From NCBI RefSeq assembly GCF_902713615.1, contig NW_024056028.1, positions 186,001 through 250,000 of the forward strand: a DNA stretch of 64,000 nt, given 5' to 3'. The stretch's first letter is position 1; each line of letters starts with the position of its first letter. The notes below the pieces were generated by a model. That model had not been told where the DNA came from. It saw only the letters and a program-made list of their open reading frames with translations, and did no database searches. Positions 59,167-64,000 of this stretch are shown here, in pieces. The DNA is from Scyliorhinus canicula (lineage: Eukaryota). The position numbers and the translations under genes are program-made.

Positions 59167-59540
59167 GTGTACGTCACAAACCAGCTAACTGAGCTTTGTA
59201 CGTCAAAGTCCAGCTAAATGAGCTGTGTACGTCATAGTCCAGCTGACTGAGCTGTGTACGTCACAATCCAGCTGACTGAGTTGTGTATGTCACAATCCAG
59301 CTGGCTGAGCTGTGTACGTCACAATCCAGTTGACTGCGCTGTGTACGTCACAATCCAGCTAACTGAGCTGTGTACGTCACAATCCAGCTAACTGAGCTGT
59401 GTACGTCACAATCTATCTAACTGAGCTGTGTACGTCACAATCCAGCTAACTGAGCTGTGTCCGTCACAATCCAGCTAACTGAGCTGTGTACGTCACAATC
59501 CAGCTAACTGAGCTGTGTACGTCACAATCCAGTAAACTGA
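59152..59540. repeat. 29-bp AGCT-rich tandem array, 13 full copies plus one partial
   Basis: ccagctaactgagctgtgtacgtcacaat with exact 29-bp period from 59152 to 59529; 22 AGCT counted by hand. Confidence 0.97.
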
Positions 59541-59954
59541 ATGCACATTTATATAATTACAATAAAACTCTACGTTTGAGTAGTTGCAACATTCTCTAAT
59601 TTTAGGATCCTGCACATTAACAGCAGGAGGCGGCCATTCGGTCTGTCGAGTCTCCTCCCCCATCCCCCTGCCTGTGTTGATTGTGCAGTTAATTTCACAT
59701 TCCGCCTGTCACTGAGACCGGGCTGTCTGCAATCCCCCCGCACCCCGCCCCGCGCTCCCTGTGCGTCCCCCCATCTCTCTGCCGTTCCCGCTGGATTTCT
59801 GTACCTTTCTCCTGGTCCCTTCACTTACTTTTAGCTCTCTGCTCTTTTTCATGGCGCTCTGCGCTTTCCTCCGCATCTCTGCACTTTCTCTCGACTCGGT
59901 ATTGTCTTCCTGCTCTTTGTGTTTTGCCCATGTGTGCTGCACTTTTCCCCGTTC

Positions 59955-62900
59955 TGAGTGAGTAACTGAGTGGGGGTAGGAGAGTGAGTACGATGAGTGA
60001 GTAACTGAGTGAGAGTAGGAGAGTGAGTGCGGGTGAGTGAGTGAGGGTAGGAGAGTGAGTGCTGGTGAGTGAGTACCTGAGTAACGGTTGGAATGTGGAT
60101 GAGTGGGAGAGAATGGGTGGTTGATGGAGTGAGGGTAAATGGGTGAGGGTGTGTCACTGAGGGTGGATGGGTCTGAATGGGTGAGGGGCAGTGAGTGAGA
60201 GGTGGAGAATAAATGAGGCTGGCCGAGTGAGGCTGCGAGGGTGGGTTTGTGAGTGAAGATGTGCAGTGAATGTGAGAGCGAAGGTGACTGAGTGAGGGTG
60301 GGTGAGTGAGGGTGACTGAGTGAAAGTAAATAAGTGAGGGTGAATAAGTGAGGGTGAATGAGTGAGGGTGAATGGGTGAGGGTGAATGAGTGAGGGTGAA
60401 TGAGTGAGGGTGAATACGTGAGGGTGAATGAGTGAGGGTGAATGAGTGAGGGTGAATGGGTGAGGGTGAATGAGTGAGTGTGAATGAGTGAGGGTGATTG
60501 AGTGAGGATGAATGAATGAGAGTGGATTAATGAGGGTGAATGAGTGAGGGTGAATGAGTGAGGGTGAATGAGTGAGGGTGAATGGGTGAGGCTTAATGAG
60601 TGAGGGTGAATGGGTGAGGGTGAATGAATGAGGGTGAATGAGTGAGGGTGAGTGTGGATGAGTGATCCAGGAGTGTACCTGACAGTTAGCAGGTGAGTGA
60701 GGGTGAGTGAGGGTGAGTGAGTGTGAGTACGTGAGGGTGGGTGAGTGAAGGTAACTGAATGAGAGTGGGTGAGGGTGAGTGAGAGTGGGTGAAAGAGGAT
60801 GGGTGCATGAGTGTGTGTAAGTGAGGGTGGCTGAGTGAGGGTGTGTGAGATTGTGAGTGAAGTCGCATGGGAAATAGTGGGTGAGAGACGCCTTGTGAAT
60901 GAGGGTGTGTGAGTGAGGCTGTGTGAGTGAGGGTGTGTGAGTGAGGCTGTGTGAGTGAGGCTGTGTGAGTGAGGGTGTGTGTGAGGCTGTGTGGGTGAGG
61001 CTGTGTGAGTGAGGCTGTGTGAGAGAACATGTGTGAGTGAGGATGTGTGAGTGAGGCTGGGTGAGAGAACATGTGTGAGTGAGGATGTGTGAGTGAGGAT
61101 GTGTGAGATTGTGAGTGAAGGCGCATTGGAAATAGTGGGTGAGAGACGCCTTGTGAATGAGGGTGTGTGAGTGAGGCTGTGTGAGTGAGGCTGTGTGAGT
61201 GAGGGTGTGGGAGTTAGGCTGTGTGAGTGAGGCTGTGTGAGTGAGGCTGTGTGAGTGAGGGTGTGTGAGTGAGGCTGTGTGAGTGAAGCTGTGTCTGTGA
61301 GTGAGGGTGTGTGAGAGAACATGTGTGAGTGAGGGTGTGTGAGATTGTGAGTGAAGGCGCATGGGAAATAGTGGGTGAGAGACGCCTTGTGAATGAGGGT
61401 GTGTGAGTGAGGCTGTGTGAGTGAGGGTGTGTGAGTGAGGCTGTGTGAGTGAGGCTGTGTGAGTGAGGGTGTGTGTGAGGCTGTGTGAGTGAGGCTGTGT
61501 GAGTGAGGCTGTGTGAGAGAACATGTGTGAGTGAGGATGTGTGAGTGAGGCTGGGTGAGAGAACATGTGTGAGTGAGGATGTGTGAGTGAGGATGTGTGA
61601 GATTGTGAGTGAAGGTGCATGGGAAATAGTGGGTGAGAGACGCCTTGTGAATGAGGGTGTGTGAGTGAGGCTGTGTGAGTGAGGCTGTGTGAGTGAGGGT
61701 GTGGGAGTTAGGCTGTGTGAGTGAGGCTGTGTGAGTGAGGCTGTGTGAGTGAGGGTGTGTGAGTGAGGCTGTGTGAGTGAAGCTGTGTCTGTGAGTGAGG
61801 GTGTGTGAGAGAACATGTGTGAGTGAGGGTGTGTGAGATTGTGAGTGAAGGCGCATGGGAAATAGTGGGTGAGAGACGCCTTGTGAATGAGGCTGTGTGA
61901 GTGAGGCTGTGTGAGTGAGGCAGTGTGAGTGAGGGTGTGGGAGTGAGTGAGGGTGTGGGAGTGAGGATATGTGAGTGAGGCTGTGTGAGTGAGGCTGTGT
62001 GAGAGAAGCTGTGTGAGTGAGGGTGTATGAGTGAGGGTGTGTGAGAGAAGCTGTGTGAGTGAGTGTGTGTGGCGGAGGCTGTGTGAATGAGGATGTGTGA
62101 GTGAGGCTGTGTGAGTGAGGGGGTGTGAGTGAGACTGTGTGAGTGAGGCTGTGTGAGTGAGGGTGTGTGAGTGAGGCTGTGTGAGTGAGGCTGTGTGAGT
62201 GAGGGTGTGTGAGTGAGGGTGTGTGAGTGAGGCTGTGTGAGTGAGGGTGTGTGAGGGAGGCTGGGTGAGTGAGGGTGTGTGAGTGAGGGTGTGTGAGTGA
62301 GGGTGTGTGAGTGAGGCTGTGTGAGTGAGGGTGTGTGAGTGAGGGTGTGTGAGTGAGGCTGAGTGAGGGTGTGTGAGTGAGGGTGTGTGAGTGAGGGTGT
62401 GTGAGTGAGGCTGAGTGAGGGTGTGTGAGTGAGGGTGTGTGAGTGAGGGTGTGTGAGTGAGGGTGTGTGAGTGAGGCTGAGTGAGGGTTTGTGAGTGAGG
62501 CTGTGTGAGTGAGGCTGTGTGAGTGAGGGTGTGTGTGAGGGTGTGTGAGTGAGGGTGTGTGAGTGAGGCTGAGTGAGGGTGTGTGAGTGAGGCTGTGTGA
62601 GTGAGGGTGTGTGAGGGAGGCTGGGTGAGTGAGGGTGTGTGAGTGAGGGTGTGTGAGTGAGGGTGCGTGAGTGAGGCTGTGTGAGTGAGGGTGTGTGAGT
62701 GAGGGTGTGTGAGTGAGGGTGTGTGAGTGAGGCTGAGTGAGGGTGTGTGAGTGAGGGTGTGTGAGTGAGGCTGAGTGAGGGTGTGTGAGTGAGGCTGTGT
62801 GAGTGAGGCTGTGTGAGTGAGGGTGGGTGAGTGAGGTAGTGTGAGTGAGGCTGTGTGAGTGAGGGTGTGTGTGAGGGTGTGTGAGTGAGGGTGTGTGAGT

Positions 62901-64000
62901 GAGGCTGAGTGAGGGTGTGTGAGTGAGGCTGTGTGAGTGAGGCTCTGTGAGTGAGGGTGTGTGAGTGAGGCTGTGTGAGTGAAGCTGTGTCTGTGAGTGA
63001 GGGTGTGTGAGAGAACATGTGTGAGTGAGGATGTGTGAGATTGTGAGTGAAGGCGCATGGGAAATAGTGGGTGAGAGACACCTTGTGAATGAGGGTGTGT
63101 GAGTGAGGCTGTGTGAGTGAGGGTGTGGGAGTTAGGGTGTGGGAGTGAGTGAGGGTGTGGGAGTGAGGATATGTGAGTGAGGGTGTGTGAGTGAGACTGT
63201 GTGAGTGAGACTGTATGAGTGAGGGTGTGTTAGTGAGGCTGTGTGTGTGAGGCTATGAGTGAGGGTCAGTGAATGCGAGAGGATGGGTGTGTGAGGCTGT
63301 GTGAGTGAGTGTATGTGAGTGAGGGTGTGTGAGTGAGGGTGTGTGAGTGAGGATGTGTGAGTCTGTGTGAGTGAGCTGTATGTGTGAGGCTGTGTGAGTG
63401 AGGCTGTGTGAGTGAGGCTGTGTGAGTGAGTGTATGTGAGTGAGGTTGTGTGAGTGAGGCTGTGTGAGTGAGGCTGTGTGAGTGAGGCTGTGTGAGTGAG
63501 GCTGTGTGAGTGAGGGTGTGTGAGTGAGGGTGTGTGAGTGATGCTGTGTGAGTGAGGGTGTGTGAGTGAGGCTGTGTGAGTGAGGGTGTGTGAGTGAGGC
63601 TGTGTGAGTGAGGGTGTGTGAGTGAGGCTGTGTGAGTTAGGCTGTGTGAGTGAGGGTGTGTGAGTGAGGATATGTGAGTGAGGGTGTGTGAGTGAGGCTG
63701 TGTGAGTGAGACTGTATGAGTGAGGGTGTGTTAGTGAGGTTGTGTGTGTGAGGCTGTGAGTGAGGGTCAGTGAATGCGAGAGGATGGGTGTGTGAGGGTG
63801 TGTGAGTGAGTGTATGTGAGTGAGGATGTGTGAGTGAGGCTGTGTGAGTAAGGCTGTATGTGTGAGGCTGTGAGTGAGGGTCAGTGAATGCGAGAGGATG
63901 GGTGTGTAATGATGGGTTTGATGTTGAGTGAGTGGGGCTGAGTTAGATTAATTTACTGAGGGTGGGTGCGTGAGTGAGAGGGAGAGATTGAGTGAGTGAG
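59955..64000. repeat. About 4-kb 14-mer satellite with a 494-bp higher-order repeat, running off the window edge
   Basis: Monomers GAGTGAGGGTGAAT and GAGTGAGG(C/G)TGTGT; marker gaaatagtgg at 60871, 61129, 61365, 61623, 61859 and 63061. Confidence 0.97.

Noticed and set aside
59152-59540. CRISPR-like regular 29-bp repeat
   Set aside because: Head-to-tail tandem with no unique spacers, no cas genes, vertebrate context.
59709-63081. Very long His/Thr/Ser/Leu-rich ORFs (up to 715 aa)
   Set aside because: Artefacts of the C/A-rich satellite strand, which rarely forms stop codons; open in several overlapping frames and lying in the Ig intron.
58643-64000. JH segment upstream of CH1
   Set aside because: No WGxGTxVTV-type sequence with RSS and donor found; V, D and J presumably lie beyond 64000.
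59955-64000. Canonical mammalian-type G-rich R-loop switch region
   Set aside because: The G-rich strand is the template strand for Ig transcription, so sense transcription would not form classical S-region R-loops; kept only as a non-canonical candidate.

Overview
Eukaryotic, transposon-dense DNA from a cartilaginous fish. The HE1-type SINEs and IgM sequence point to a shark, probably a catshark such as Scyliorhinus (inference). (1) Positions 1-50 kb hold a cluster of KRAB-less C2H2 zinc-finger genes: three open arrays at 5933-6886 (-), 26601-27386 (+) and 43325-44110 (-), plus decayed fragments and shared promoter, leader and 3'UTR cassettes. These sit among CR1, L2, RTE, Penelope and L1/Tx1 LINEs, many SINEs, two MITEs and a 936-bp solo LTR. 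(2) Positions 50.5-58.6 kb (-) hold an intact shark IgM heavy-chain constant region that I spliced by hand: CH1-CH4 with secretory tailpiece, plus TM1 and TM2, all with canonical GT-AG sites. No V, D or J segment lies in the window. (3) The presumed J-C intron (58.6-64 kb) carries the most interesting signal. A 13-copy 29-bp tandem array, seeded from a SINE 5' end, has 22 AGCT AID-hotspot palindromes in 377 bp and lies 510 bp upstream of CH1. Further upstream are a candidate sterile-exon splice donor and a 4-kb 14-mer satellite with a 494-bp higher-order period. Together these resemble an I-exon / switch region / Cmu layout in a lineage thought to lack canonical switch regions. This is a hypothesis, not a demonstrated function. 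Transposon boundaries are approximate unless a target-site duplication (TSD) is quoted.
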